The position numbers and the translations under genes are program-made. A DNA stretch of 64,000 nt, taken from NCBI RefSeq assembly GCF_006345805.1, contig NC_043013.1:4402001-4466000 (forward strand). Reading direction: 5' to 3'. The notes under the pieces are model-generated. The model saw nothing but the letters and a program-made list of their open reading frames with translations, searched no databases and was not told the origin of the DNA. The DNA comes from Octopus sinensis (Eukaryota). Shown here piece by piece: positions 25,255-37,861 of this stretch (positions are counted from its first letter, which is position 1; each line of letters starts with the position of its first letter).

Positions 25255-26430
25255 TATATGTTGCGGGCAGCAAACTCGCAAATGCGTAGTTTCTCCACAA
25301 ACGAAACAATGCGACCTTTTGCCCTCAGTCATTACGTGTATCACATCCCGTTCTGAAGACGGGTGTGGTCCGAGATTCTTTGTTTCCGGACTTGATCTGG
25401 AGACGTATCTCCAGGTCAACCCCAGATTCCTTGGCAATTCTTGTCACCTCTATCGGGACGATATCCACCCCCTCCACAATTACGCATCCCAGAAGTCACC
25501 ACATATCAAGTCCTACTAGGATCCTAGGAATGTGGATATATGCTGTACGTTTCCTCGTGTGGGAGAGGTACATAATGACTTTACTGGTTTTACAAGGGTC
25601 ATTGAATGTTTCATAATGAGGGATTTTGACTTGAAAAGCACCGAAATTGTGCCGTATTGTTTTCCCCTCGATATATATTCGGTGTCATCTCTGATGCACC
25701 TCAGCGCCGCTTCAATATCTACTTGGGCTATTAAAGCCGCTCTTTTCGTCTCTGTTGAGTTGCATAAAAAAAGTACCGTTCTTTTCTCCGCTACTTCAAT
25801 TCCTCTAACGGAATAGTTAGGTTAGCCCAGGTTTCTTCTTGTTTAATCAGGGTCCATGCCTGGGTCAACATTCTATCTCTATTTGTGAGGTCCAAGGTGA
25901 ATCGTTGCTTCTCTTTCGCTGCTGCTGCCGCGAACGTTTTTTTTTTTCTTGGTAATGGTCTTCTTGTTGTTATTTTTGTTGCTGTTGTTGCTGTTGCTGC
26001 TGTTGTTGTTATTGTCATTGTTCTTGATTATGTTGTTGGTGTTGGTTTTGTTGTTATTACTTTTGCTTTTGTTATTGCTGTTGTTGCCATCGCTGCTGCC
26101 GCTCCTGTTGCTATCTCTTTCGTTGTTATTGTTGCTACAACTACTACTACCGCAGCTGCCACTGTCATTGGTACAACTACTATCACTGTTACTACAAGGT
26201 GGACTTTGTACAGTTCCAGTCTCGTTTTTCTTTTCCTCTTCTCCTGTGTGTTGTCAATAACGGAGGAAAGAGGAGGGAAATCTTCAGCAGTCATCAGAAT
26301 CGTGGGAGGGGCAGTTTTCTTTTTTTCTCAACTCTTTCAAGCCGCGCTCCACCATCTTGTTGAGTTGTGTTTTATTAAATGAAATGAAACACCCACCGAA
26401 CTTATTTGGTGGGCCGAATATAGTCCCTCG
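25255..26430 (-). pseudogene. LINE (Tx1-type) ORF1 remnant with CCHC zinc knuckle
   Basis: CFVCGETTHLRVCC (CX2CX4HX4C); T/A-rich low-complexity N-terminus; similarity to about 11860-12200. Confidence 0.6.
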
Positions 26431-26718
26431 ATGGGCTAAACAACCATGGAGAACCAGTAACAGGTTCCTGGTGTTTCTATTGACAACTTGGAATAAAATG
26501 AATAATGCAAAAAACGCATCAAACTGATATAAATAAATGTTTTAAGCTGCACCAAACTGGAGCGTTTGAAAACACATCCTAGGTATTCTGCAGTAAATAA
26601 TAATAATAATAATAATAATAATGATAATAATAATAATAATAATAATAATAATATAATAATAATAATAATAATAATAATAGTGATAATAATAATAATAATA
26701 AAATAATAATAATAATAA

Positions 26719-29054
26719 CTACAATGTACAAGGCATTTACTGCAGTAATATCGCAAAGGTTGAACAAGCACCTGGACGAAAACAACCTGTTTCCAGAAGA
26801 GCAGAAAGGATGCCGCAAAGGCTCATATGGCTGTAAAGATCAACTAATGATTAATAAAGCCATAACTGAAGACAGCCACAGAAAGAAGAAAGGCCTCAGT
26901 ATGGCCTGGATCGACTACAAAAAGGCGTTTGATAGCATCCCCCACACATGGATCCTCGAAACACTAGCCATTAACAAAGTAGCACCAACAATTATAAAAT
27001 TCATAGGACACTCTATGAATAAATGGCAAACAGTGCTACAGCTCCAAACAAAAGGACTCATGAAAACCAAAGCCATCCCCATTAGAAGAGGAATATTCCA
27101 GGGAGACACGCTCTCGCCACTCCTTTTCTGCTTGGCACTGTCACCTCTATTTGATATGCTAAATAGAACTGGATGCGGATATAAATGTTACGGCAAAACG
27201 ATCAGCCACCTTTTATATATGGATGACCTAAAACTATACGTTGCAAATGACAAACAGCTGGAAACACTATTAAAGACAGTTCATGAATTTACCAAAGAAA
27301 TAGATATGAAATTTGGATAAGAAAAATGCGCCAAAGTAACCCTGAAAAGAGGAAAACTAGTTAAGAGTAGCAACATCACACTAGATAAAACCAATGAAAT
27401 AAAAGAATTAGACCAAAGCCAAACTTACAAATACTTAGGAATCCATGAACTAGATAAGACACACCACACACAAATGAAAGAGAAAATAAAAAAGAATATT
27501 ATAGACGAGTTAGATCAATACTAAAAACAGAGCTCAATGCTAAAAACAAGATGATAGGTATTAACACTTTAGCCGTCCCAGTTATAAGTTACAGCTACAA
27601 TATCCTTAACTGGACACTAAATGAACTGACCAAAATAGATAGGAAAACAAGAAAAATAATGACAGGATCTAGGATGCATCACCCAAAATCTGACATAGAA
27701 AGACTATATATACAACGTATAGAAGGTGGTAGAGGCCTTATACAGCTGGAAAACTACTATAAAATAACCACCATAGGACTGCAAAAATATCTACTTCAGA
27801 AGGAAGGAAAACTGATACAAATAGCGGCAAAACACGAGCAAAACAAAAAACTGTTCTCAGTATTTAAGGAAGCTGACAAATACAAACAAGAAATCATACC
27901 ACCTAATAAATATGAAGAAGAAGAAGAAGAAGAAGAAGAAGAAGAAGAAGAAGAAGAAGAAGAAGAAGAAGAAGAAGAAGAAGAGAAGAAGAAGAAGAAG
28001 AAGAAGAAGAAAGAAGAAGAAGAAGAAGAAAGAAGAAGAAGAAGAAGAAGAAGAAGAAGAAGAAGAAGAAGAAGAAGAAGAAGAAGAAGAAGAAGAAGAA
28101 GAAGAAGAAGAAGAAGAAACAACAAAAGCTATAAAACAAATGAAATCCAAACTAAAACTAGAACAGCAAAGAACCATGATAAAACGATGGCAAGAAAAGC
28201 CCCTTCATGGTAAATACTGGACTAAACTAAATGCAAAAGAAATAGACAAAGAAAAATCCCAGCAATGGTTGAGAAGCTCAGGACTCAAAGCAGAGACAGA
28301 GGGATTTTTAATTGCAGCACAAGACCAAAGCCTCCCCACCAGAAATTACCAAAAGCATGTAATGAAAAGAAATATAACAAGTAACTGCAGAATATGTAGA
28401 GATGGACAAGAAACAATAAATCATATTATCTCTAGCTGCCCAGTCCTGGCTAAGAAGGAATATATTCACAGACAAGACAGAGTTGGAACCTACATACACT
28501 GGAACCTATGCCAACATTATGGAATAACAACAGAAAAAAGATGGTATAGGCACACACCAGAAAAGGTCACAGAAAACGAGAAAGCAACCATACGCTGGGA
28601 TATGCCGATACACACAGATAGAGAAATTAAGGCCAACAGACCAGATATAGTTGTCAGAGATCATGAAGAAAAAAGATGCTTTCTAATTGATGTATCAATA
28701 CCGGCAGATGACAACGTGTCTCTAAAAGAAATGGAGAAACTTTCAAAATACAAAGACCTGGAAATAGAGGTAACCAGAATGTGGAATCTAAAAACAGAAA
28801 CAATTCCTATCATAGTAGGTGCATTAGGCATGATAAAAAGATATTTAGACAAATACATAACAAAAACACCAGGACTTAAAAACACATATAACATACAGAA
28901 AATTGCACTACTAGGCACTGCACACATCCTACGCAGAACACTTTCCATACAATAACCATCAGAGCATCACAAAAAATCACAGCACATACCCAAGGCACAC
29001 AGAGCTGCGCTCGGTAGTGAAGTGAAAGCACGCTATAAAAATAAAACTACTGAA
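26719..29054 (+). mobile_element. R4/Dong-clade non-LTR retrotransposon (RT + CCHC + restriction-like endonuclease), 5'-truncated, in (TAA)n
   Basis: EEQKGCRKGS, WIDYKKAFDS, RGIFQGDTLSPLLF, LYMDDLKL; CRICRDGQETINHIISSC; RPDIVVRD...FLIDVSIP...KYKDL. (TAA)n on both sides; contains stops and frameshifts. Confidence 0.92.
27914..28118. repeat. (GAA)n expansion inside the Dong ORF
   Basis: Lies between codons ...NKYE and ETTKAIK.... Confidence 0.95.
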
Positions 29055-29056
29055 TG

Positions 29057-29101
<45 letters not shown>

Positions 29102-29756
29102 TAATAATAATAATAATAATCATTACTAGCTTAGGTAATAAATGTTTCATTTGCATTTTGCCTTTTGAGTTAGCCGGTTAGATCAACTTAATTTACAAAT
29201 ATTTATATTAACAGTCTTTGAAAGATGAAATACAAGTCGACATCGGCCACATTTTATTTTATCTTATTTTTTGTAATTGTCATAGCGGTGTTTGTGTGTT
29301 TCGAACAGTATGGAAGTGCGAAACAGAAATGAAGTTGATGCGAATTACTAGCTCTCTTTTAACATGGCTGGCTCTTCGTTGTCCAATCAACTGACTTTCC
29401 TGCTCGTTGACTCAGTGGGCAAATGGCTGAGCATTTCACCGACACGACGTAATAACCAGGTAGAATCAGTACAACACTGTGTGACAAGAATGTGTTCTGA
29501 ACTTACAGATAGAAGAATCCAACTCACGGGTTTCCATATAGTTTCTGTCCACCCAAGAAAAATTTGCGAGGCATAGGTCGACACGAAGCTATAGCAACTG
29601 GCAATAATACAGATATATATTATTTTGCTTTTAAACTGTTATAGAATGATTATTATTTTTTCATCAAGTTCAAGTGTGGTAAAAGGTGTGTTTGAGGTGA
29701 TACGAATGGTGGGTAAGTGTGTAGCGGTAACGCTGTTTGAGTATAAAATTGAACAT

Positions 29757-29918
29757 GCGCTGGCGTGGCTGTGTGGTAAGAAGCTTGCTTCCCAACCGCA
29801 TGATTCCGGGTTCAGTCCCATCGCGTGGCATCTTGGGCAAGGTTCTTTTACTATAGTCTCTGGCCGACCAAGATTTTGTGAGTGGATTTGGTAGACGGAA
29901 ATTGAAAGAAGCCAGTCG

Positions 29919-29990
<72 letters not shown>

Positions 29991-30196
29991 CTATCTGTCT
30001 TTTGTCTGGGTTTGTCCCCACCACCACTACTTGATAACCGGTGCTGGTGTATTTACGTCCCGTAACTTTACTGTTCAGCAAAAAGAGACCGATAGAATAA
30101 GTGACAGGCTGAGTCCGATACATTCGATTTAAATGTCTCCAAGGCGATGCTCCAGCATGGCTACAATCTAATGACTAAAACAATTGAAAGATAAAG
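29757..30196 (+). mobile_element. Composite CORE-type tRNA SINE
   Basis: Head ggcgtggctgtgtggtaag...gggttcagtccc...ttgggcaagg, then (TA)n(TG)n, then tail module. Confidence 0.85.
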
Positions 30197-30319
30197 GATG
30201 CCAATGGTGTTTTTAAAACTGTTGGTGATAGGATATGAGCTGTTGACGTGGAAAATGATTAGGCTAATGACTCTTTCTAATTTAGGCTGAGTCATAGAGG
30301 AAAATATAAGCCGATAGCA

Positions 30320-30472
30320 TTGTCCTCGGTACTTGATTTATAATTTATTTATCGAACCCAAAAGATGAAAGGCGAAGTAGGCCTCGGCCGGATTTGAAAT
30401 CAGAACGTAGAGTCGGAATAAATAGTGCAAAGCATTTTTACTGACATTCTCACGATTCTGCAAGCGCCGCCT
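30320..30472 (-). mobile_element. Diverged SINE family A fragment
   Basis: Reverse complement of ...ttctgatttcaaatccggccgaggcctacttcgcctttcatc.... Confidence 0.6.
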
Positions 30473-32084
30473 TGATAATGAATTGTTATTAATATCGTAT
30501 CGTTGTCACATTACTATGATTTAGTTCTGACGGTGCTTCGCTTTAGAACGTTGAGATTGTAAGCGAAGTTGCTGTGGTTACTCAGTAATTTTGAGTTATA
30601 AATATAACCGCATACAAATAATTGTATTTTGATATACATCTTCCGTCGAACACACCCACACAGACACGTGTGGGTGTATTTGCCTGTGTGTGTTCGTGTA
30701 GCGTATGTGTGTGTTTGCTTGAGTGTTTGCCTGGACATAGATATATCATATACATACAAACAACTTTCATTATAATTGCAACAGAAAATGACTTCCTCCC
30801 ATGTCGCTGTTCCACTTCCGGTGATGCAATTCACCCACAAGAAAACTATCATTTGTTCAGTTTCAGATGGGGTTTTTTTTTTCACTATTAAGTTATCAGA
30901 CATAGTTGTGTCCGAGGGGAGAAAAAGTATATAATACTTCCGACAGCTGGACGCCATTTTGGTCAGTCAGCTTGCCACCCACTGCGTCACTGATTAAACA
31001 ACTGAACCATTTCTTATAAACATTTATACATCTACACATGTACTGTAGATGTAATAAATTAATTTTTCCTCAGGTACATATGTACAAAGAATAACAGCCC
31101 GGAACAGAACTTTCTCAAAGGATTTACCCAATAAAAAAGGATTCTCTTTAACCGCGAATAGAAATCACCTACCAAGTCTCAAATCAGTTCGAATGTACTT
31201 CTGGTTCGTTTGTACTGCCCATATTTATTACAGAACTAAAAACAACTCTATCAACATGGAGCGATGCAAAGAGAAATACTTTATCTTGCCACTTAACTAG
31301 AAATAACAGCCGAATCTTCTTCACATCACACACTACTTACAGTCTTGGAAGAAGGATACAGCGGTTAAAATAGTCTGAAATATACTATAGCTGACAAGAA
31401 TATGTGATGGACACAGCTGGTTTCTGATTTAATCACAAAGCCAACAATCTTGAGCGGGGGGAGGGGGGCGATTAGTGGATACGACTAAACCCCGGACTGC
31501 ACTGGTACTTATTGTATCAACCCTGGAGGAAAGAATGACAAAGCTGATCATGGCAGGAATTGAACTCAGAACACAAAAGCCGGGAGAAAGTATAAAGAAC
31601 CAGAAGAAATGTCACAAGGCACCCTCCTTCCCATCATCATCAGCTGTTAGCATTTCTGCCTAATTATGATGATGATGATGATGATGATGATAATTCCTTC
31701 TAATTTTTGCTTACCTTCAAGCCCAACCTTTACTTTTTGGTATAAAAACTGATTTATTCAAAAAATAACTGTATAAACTGCCTACACCTATTAAATGTAT
31801 TACATCAGCAGAAACATGTCTGGAAGTGCTTCCAATAGGTGGCAGTAATTACTTTTTATAATTTACAGATTTAGGGAAAATTGTTGTGTCTCAACTCTCC
31901 CTGTGGATCAACTCTCCCAATCTTCCCCTATAATATGCTTATTCTATATTATTCAGTACGCTCTTTTTTAAGATGGGAAATTGGGATTTGTGGGAGATAT
32001 GGCTGCGATTTCTGGAAGATCCAACAATTACGTGTATAAATACTCGCTGATATTGTTTTATTATTAATAATTATTATACATTTT

Positions 32085-32300
32085 AGTCGACGAGCTGGCA
32101 CAATGGTTAGCATGCCGGGCAAACTGCTTAGTGGCATTTCGTCTATCTCTAGGTTCTGAGTTCAAATTCCGCCGAGGTTGGCTTTGCCTGTCATCCTTTT
32201 TCGGATCGATAAGATAAGTATCACTTGAACGCTGTAGTCGTTGTAATCGACTTAGTCTCTCCCACAGAATTGCTGGTGTTGTGCCAAAATGTGAAACCAA
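32085..32300 (+). mobile_element. Diverged SINE family A (further pieces at 32560-32670 and 33172-33351)
   Basis: gagctggcac...gagttcaaattccgccgagg.... Confidence 0.8.
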
Positions 32301-32302
32301 TA

Positions 32303-32538
32303 CAGAAATCCCTCGACTATCGCAGGTGATACGTTCCGATAGGGGAAAACCCGCGAAGTAGAAACAGTAATTCGTATATATTTTTATTTTATTTTAATAA
32401 TTTGTATATATTTATTCTATTATAAATGCAAAACAATACTGCGGAGGAATCGATGTAAGCTTAAATAATAAACGGCGATAGGTGAGCCGCGGTATGTGAA
32501 CCGCGATAGGTGAACCGCGATATGGCGAGGGATTAGTG
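32303..32538. mobile_element. Tc1/pogo (Tigger-like) MITE
   Basis: TA|CAGAAATCCCTCGACTATCGC ... GCGATATGGCGAGGGATTAGTG|CA imperfect TIRs. Confidence 0.7.
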
Positions 32539-34281
32539 CATCTATTATGGTCTTGAAGATTGCGAGCTGGCAGACTCTTTAGCACGCCGAGCTAAATGCT
32601 AAGCGGAATTTCTGAGTTGAAATTCCACCGAGGTCGATTTTGTTGTTTGGTGTCAATAAAATAAGTACCAATATCTATTATGGGATTAGACGGAACAAGA
32701 AATTATCAGTATTACTATGGGATTCTTGAGATTCTTCAAAGAGGAAGGCTAAATACCTGCAGCTTTTAATTACAGTTCATTTTACGGTCTGAGCTCAAAT
32801 TTTACTCAGGTAAATGTGTTTTTTCTTTCCGAGGTAGATAAAATAATATACTAGACAAATACATGAATAGATTTGATATTCCGATAAAGTAAACTCTGTG
32901 AAGGGAAGTATAATAGACATTAATATCAAGTGAAGACATGGTTGTTAAACCCAGCTCAACCTTTATCCAGCACGTAAGTATTGAAAGCGCGACCATACCG
33001 ACTCTTTCGGATATGGTGGATTGAGAATAATATGACTCAAAGTTTCCTTCCGTTTTTAAAAGAGAAAGATGTGTTCTCATGGAGGTTGGCTGCTATTTCT
33101 AATTACTTCCAAAGGCAGTACATATTCCTTATTTCTGATGGCTATAAAATCAAAATACAACAGGACTAGGGGCGAGGTTGTCGTTACGTTCTGAGTTCAA
33201 ATTCCGCCGAGGTCGACTTTGCCTTTCATCCTTTCGGGGTCGATAAATAAAGTACCAGTTTCCCACTGGGATCGATGTAATCGACTTAATCCCTTTGTCT
33301 GTTCTTGTTTGTCCCCTCTACGTTTAGTCCCTTGTGGGCAGTAAAGAAATAGATTTTAGAAACTTTTATTGCATAACACATTCAGAAGAAACCCTTCATT
33401 TAATTCTACATAAGTTTTTTAAATGAACCTAAAAGAATAGTCCAGTAATCCCTTTATCCTTTCGAGAAAGGTTAAAATTACTTATATTGATAGATTTTTA
33501 CTCTTCATGCTTCACTGATTTACAGATGTCATTAGATGTAATTCGAGACTCCGTTCCACTAAATTCCGGAAGACGTGTAATAATAGCGGTACTATTTTTA
33601 GCTCGCGCAGTCCTGCCACAGATATAAATACAATTTTGATAATTTCATTTGGTTTTGAGTTTATGAGCATCAAACAAAGATCATTAATCACATTAGAAAT
33701 ATTAGAGTAATCAGCAACGACAAGGGGTATCATAAGAAGTTAAGACGTCTAAAGTTGCAGGCAAAGTTGCTTTGACTTACTAATGTTGTAATGTAATGAT
33801 TGGCAGCAGTGAAAAAGCAGTCAGCATGTAAATAGAGAAAATAAACACACGGACAACACATGCATTTTACAAAGTAATGACGTATAAATCTAATCAAATT
33901 TCATATATTCGCCCCCAAAAAGCAAACTAAAAGTCTAAACATTTGTCTACCATAGCGATGAAGCAATTACATTTTACATGCCGGAGATAAGGTGCGGAAG
34001 TCAGGAAACGTTGATGGATTTTGGACCCGTATTGTTCCAAACCAACTGTAAGGGACTACTAATATATAAAAATGGAAAAGAATCTTAAAAGAGTCTGAGA
34101 ACATATTCATGTTTTAACGACAATACACAAGCGCGCCCGCGCACGTACGCACACACGCACTGACGCACATACACATACACGCACATATGCGCGCACACAC
34201 ACAAACACGCATTCACGCACGCACGCACACACAAAACACGAGCGTCAAATTGATACCGACTCAAAGTTTATTTTGGCTCTA

Positions 34282-34415
34282 GGATAACTGCCACCGGAAA
34301 AATTTCCACTGAGATAATTACCACTCGGAACATTGTCCATATGGGGAAATTGCAACTGGGAATACTGTCACTCGGAACATTGCCCATGTGTCAACATTGC
34401 CACCGGGAAAACTGC
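34282..34415. repeat. Degenerate 15-16 bp tandem repeat (about 9 units, ggaNaattgccacNg)
   Basis: ggataactgccaccg gaaaaatttccactg agataattaccactc ggaacattgtccata .... Confidence 0.75.
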
Positions 34416-34492
34416 TTGGTAGGAGCATAGCAACAGGGAAATATTCAGTAAAATTTTACTTTCACACACGTCAACAATTATAAATGAAATAT

Positions 34493-34530
<38 letters not shown>

Positions 34531-34609
34531 CTATAGATGTGGATGTATGTGCATGTATACATGTGTTAGTATGTATATATACGTATATATATATATATAT
34601 ATAATATAT

Positions 34610-34665
<56 letters not shown>

Positions 34666-35255
34666 AGAAAGTTAGAGGTTGTTGTAACTGACTGAGGGAT
34701 AAAATATCCGTATATACTACCAGTATCCGTTACCAGTGTTAACCCCGGGCAATGGCGTGCAGGGACACCATATACGTCGAGCGCAGGTAACAACAGGATA
34801 AACAAAAGTTTTTCAGGAACCAATGCAGATAATTAGAAAATGGAGAAAAACATAGCGCATCGATCGGACTGCATTTTAAAGCATATTTATTGAAACAATG
34901 CAAGGCAATACAAATCTAACAGCTGTTTCTGATCAAACTACCAGAATGCGGTCTATACATAAATGCCAGGATAAAATTCTTCATCTTCATAGGGCATTCG
35001 AAGCAAGGCAACAGGTCTTTATCAGAATGAAAAACAAGAGCATACAATATAAACAAAAGGAAGAAGGAAAAGGAAGGAAGACATGGTATAGACAAAACTT
35101 CTAGAAGCCCAATATGTTAAATGCACATAGTTATTTACAATCAGGACTCAAAGGGCGTAGATGAGAGAGTGAGCTGTTAAAGGACTAGGGAATACTACAA
35201 ATTATTAACGGGAGGGTACAGCTAGGAGTTGGGACGAGGGTATTAAAAAGAGAAG

Positions 35256-35485
35256 GCGGCGAGCTGGCAGAAACGTTAGTACGCCGGGCGAAATGTTTAG
35301 CGGTATTTCGCCTGTCTTTACGTTCTGAGTTCAAGTTCCGCCAAGGTCGACTTTGCCTTTCATCCTTTCGGGGTCGATAAATTAAGTACCAGTTACGCAC
35401 TGGGGCCGATATAATCGACTTAATCCGTTAGTCTGTCCTTGTTTGTCCTCTCTGTGTTTAGCCCCTTGTGGGTAGTAAAGAAAGA
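35256..35485 (+). mobile_element. Full-length SINE family A with 17-bp TSD
   Basis: ggtattaaaaagagaag at 35239-35255 and 35486-35502. Confidence 0.92.
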
Positions 35486-35650
35486 GGTATTAAAAAGAGA
35501 AGTTATCAAGAAGCTTCATGTAAAGAAAAGAAAATAGTAACATAAATATCAAAGGTCAAACCTATGTTTCTGGAGGTAAACAAATTAACGTAGGTTACTA
35601 AAATAAAAATTTACTCACAGAAAATTAATACCAAGAATCCTCCCTAAGGG

Positions 35651-36055
35651 CACAATGGGGTAAGTCTCAGCCCAGCGGTCTCTACATTGGTCAGTAACAA
35701 TTTAAACAGGTTGCCTGTTAAAACCGTTACAAAGGATTTGTTTATAAATAAACAAGAAAAGGACAGGAAGGAAAAGGTAAGGGAGATAAAATATTGAGAA
35801 GAATTTAAAGGCCGCTTATGTCCTTCAGTATAACATGTGAGAGGAAAACATAATGAGACCAACAGGTTATTGGTTAAGGGAATGCAACAGGTCCTGGGAA
35901 GCCAGCAGTTCAATGAAAACAAGGAAAAAGGGAAAATAAAGGAAAAAATATATTGCTGAACCTCGTATGTAGCGAATTTTAGTAAAGCTAAAGCATATAC
36001 AAGTATATATAATTAAGTATATACCAGTATGCATACTGAGACTTACCCCATTGTG
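35651..36055. mobile_element. MITE-like element with perfect 20-bp TIR starting CACAATG
   Basis: cacaatggggtaagtctcag (35651-35670) / ctgagacttaccccattgtg (36036-36055); no clear TSD. Confidence 0.65.
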
Positions 36056-36315
36056 GACCATAGGAGTGATTCTTGGTCTTCAATTCCAGTGAAATAATTT
36101 TTACTTTAGTAACCTACGGTAATTTGTTTACCTTTACTTAAGTTTAGACTGCATTCAGGTATTTTGATGAAAATCAGCTGTTAGACTTGTACTGTCTTGC
36201 ATTGTATCAATAAATATGTTTTAAAATATAGTCCTATCGAAGCGCTGGTTAATCTGTTTTTCTCCATTTTCTAATATATATATCAAAATAAGCAGCAGGA
36301 TAACAACTAGTATGT

Positions 36316-36686
36316 AGTCCGACCGTTTCGAGCGGCTCCACTTAATTGAACAATGTAATCATTATATCAATTTAAATGCAGTGCCACCTTCAACTGCACT
36401 AATAAATAAATGCAATTTTAACAAGTAGGACACATTAATATAATTTTTCCCAAATATTTTAACAGAGCAAGAAGATGGATGAAATAGTCTAAGATTAGCT
36501 ACAGTAGCGAAAACATGATTTTTTTCCATCTTCTTGGTCTGTTAAAATATTTGAGAAAAATTATATCAATATGTCCTACTTATTAAAATTCTATTTATTT
36601 ATGCAGCTGAAGACGACACTGCATTTAAATTGATTTAATGATTGCATTGTTCAATTAAATGGAGCCGCTTTAAATGGTCTTTGACT
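36316..36686. repeat. Diverged long inverted repeat (arms about 165 bp, short spacer)
   Basis: gagcggctccacttaattgaacaatg...aagaagatgga mirrored by tccatcttcttgg...attgttcaattaaatggagccgc. Confidence 0.8.
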
Positions 36687-37302
36687 TATTTCACACAAAC
36701 GAATATAATGCTCTTTAACTAATAATAAACCCTTTTTTCCCATTATATTAACTGAATAATTACTCCCTCACAACCCCTCAAAAATTTTTGTCTTCCGAAT
36801 TTCAACTAACGTATATAAAATCATACAAACTACTTAAATTTTTTTATTCTAGAAAATTTTTAAAAAACAATTTCTTTTTAATATACAACATAATTTTTTT
36901 TATTTTTTCATTGTATACCACTCATAACTGCCAAACCATACATAAATTTAAATATAGCTATGCTGTCCCATTGGACGCTTATTTGTTTATATGTATACAC
37001 ATGTATATATGCATATATATATACAGGTATGTGTATGTATGTATGTATATATATATATTTGTTTGTTTGTATATATATGTATCTGTGTCTATGTATGTAA
37101 GTGTGCATGTATGTGTATATATATATAAATATATTATAATTTACTTCTTATGATAAATGCTTTATATGGAATGTATATCACTATATTACTTATCTTCATA
37201 TAGAGAGAATGTTTCTTAAACCTTTTTTACTTATATTTCAAAATATCCTTTAACCGCATCAGTTATAGTTCTCTTAGAACAAGACTCAACACTACCTAAA
37301 CT

Positions 37303-37861
37303 TAAAGTGATATGTTGTCAACTTAATGTGACAGTCCCATAAAAGGGAAGAATGCTACTGTTATTTAGCCCCAGGAAACATCGTTTCCTGTTGGACTTGA
37401 CATATTTCCTGTGTCCTTATGTTTTCAAAGTGGCGATAAACACCTCCACCCAGCAAAACCAGCACCCAGAGACTAGTTTCAGAGTCATTGCTCATCATCA
37501 GTCTGGAGTAGCATGGCTTGCTGGCTGTCGATGCCTATACGCCTTTGAAAACATATATTCCAAGTGAAATACATTCACTGATTTTTGAAAATAGAAATAA
37601 TGTATTTCACTTGAAATATATGTTTTCAAAGGCGTATAGGCATCAACAGCTAGCAAGTCATGTTACTTCAGACTGATGAAAAGCAATGACTCTGAAACTA
37701 GTCTCTGGGTGCTGGTTTTGCTGGGTGGAGGTGCTTATCCACTTTGAAAACATAATGACACAGAAAATGTATCAAGTCCAACAGGAAACGATGTTTCCTA
37801 GGGCTAAATAACAGTAGCATTCTTCCCTTTCACATTAAGTTGACAACATGCTATCACTTTA
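37303..37861. repeat. About 560-bp fold-back with 23-nt spacer (37576-37598)
   Basis: Arms of about 270 bp, highly complementary with scattered substitutions and small indels. Confidence 0.95.
37669..37707 (+). ncRNA. Minimal type I hammerhead motif (mirror copy on - at 37467-37505)
   Basis: CAGA-CUGAUGA-[aaag or ugag](caauga)CUCU-GAAA-CUAG-UC/UCUG. Stem III is palindromic ACUAGU with a GUC cleavage triplet. Confidence 0.7.

Noticed and set aside
33497-33630. Possible host exon after a pyrimidine-rich ...ttacag acceptor
   Set aside because: Short frames end in stops, there is no convincing donor and no recognisable homology; it would need RNA-seq.
34680-34735. ggata/tatcc and atact/agtat hairpins after ctgactga
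   Set aside because: GAAA is absent and helix I is out of register; too degenerate to call.
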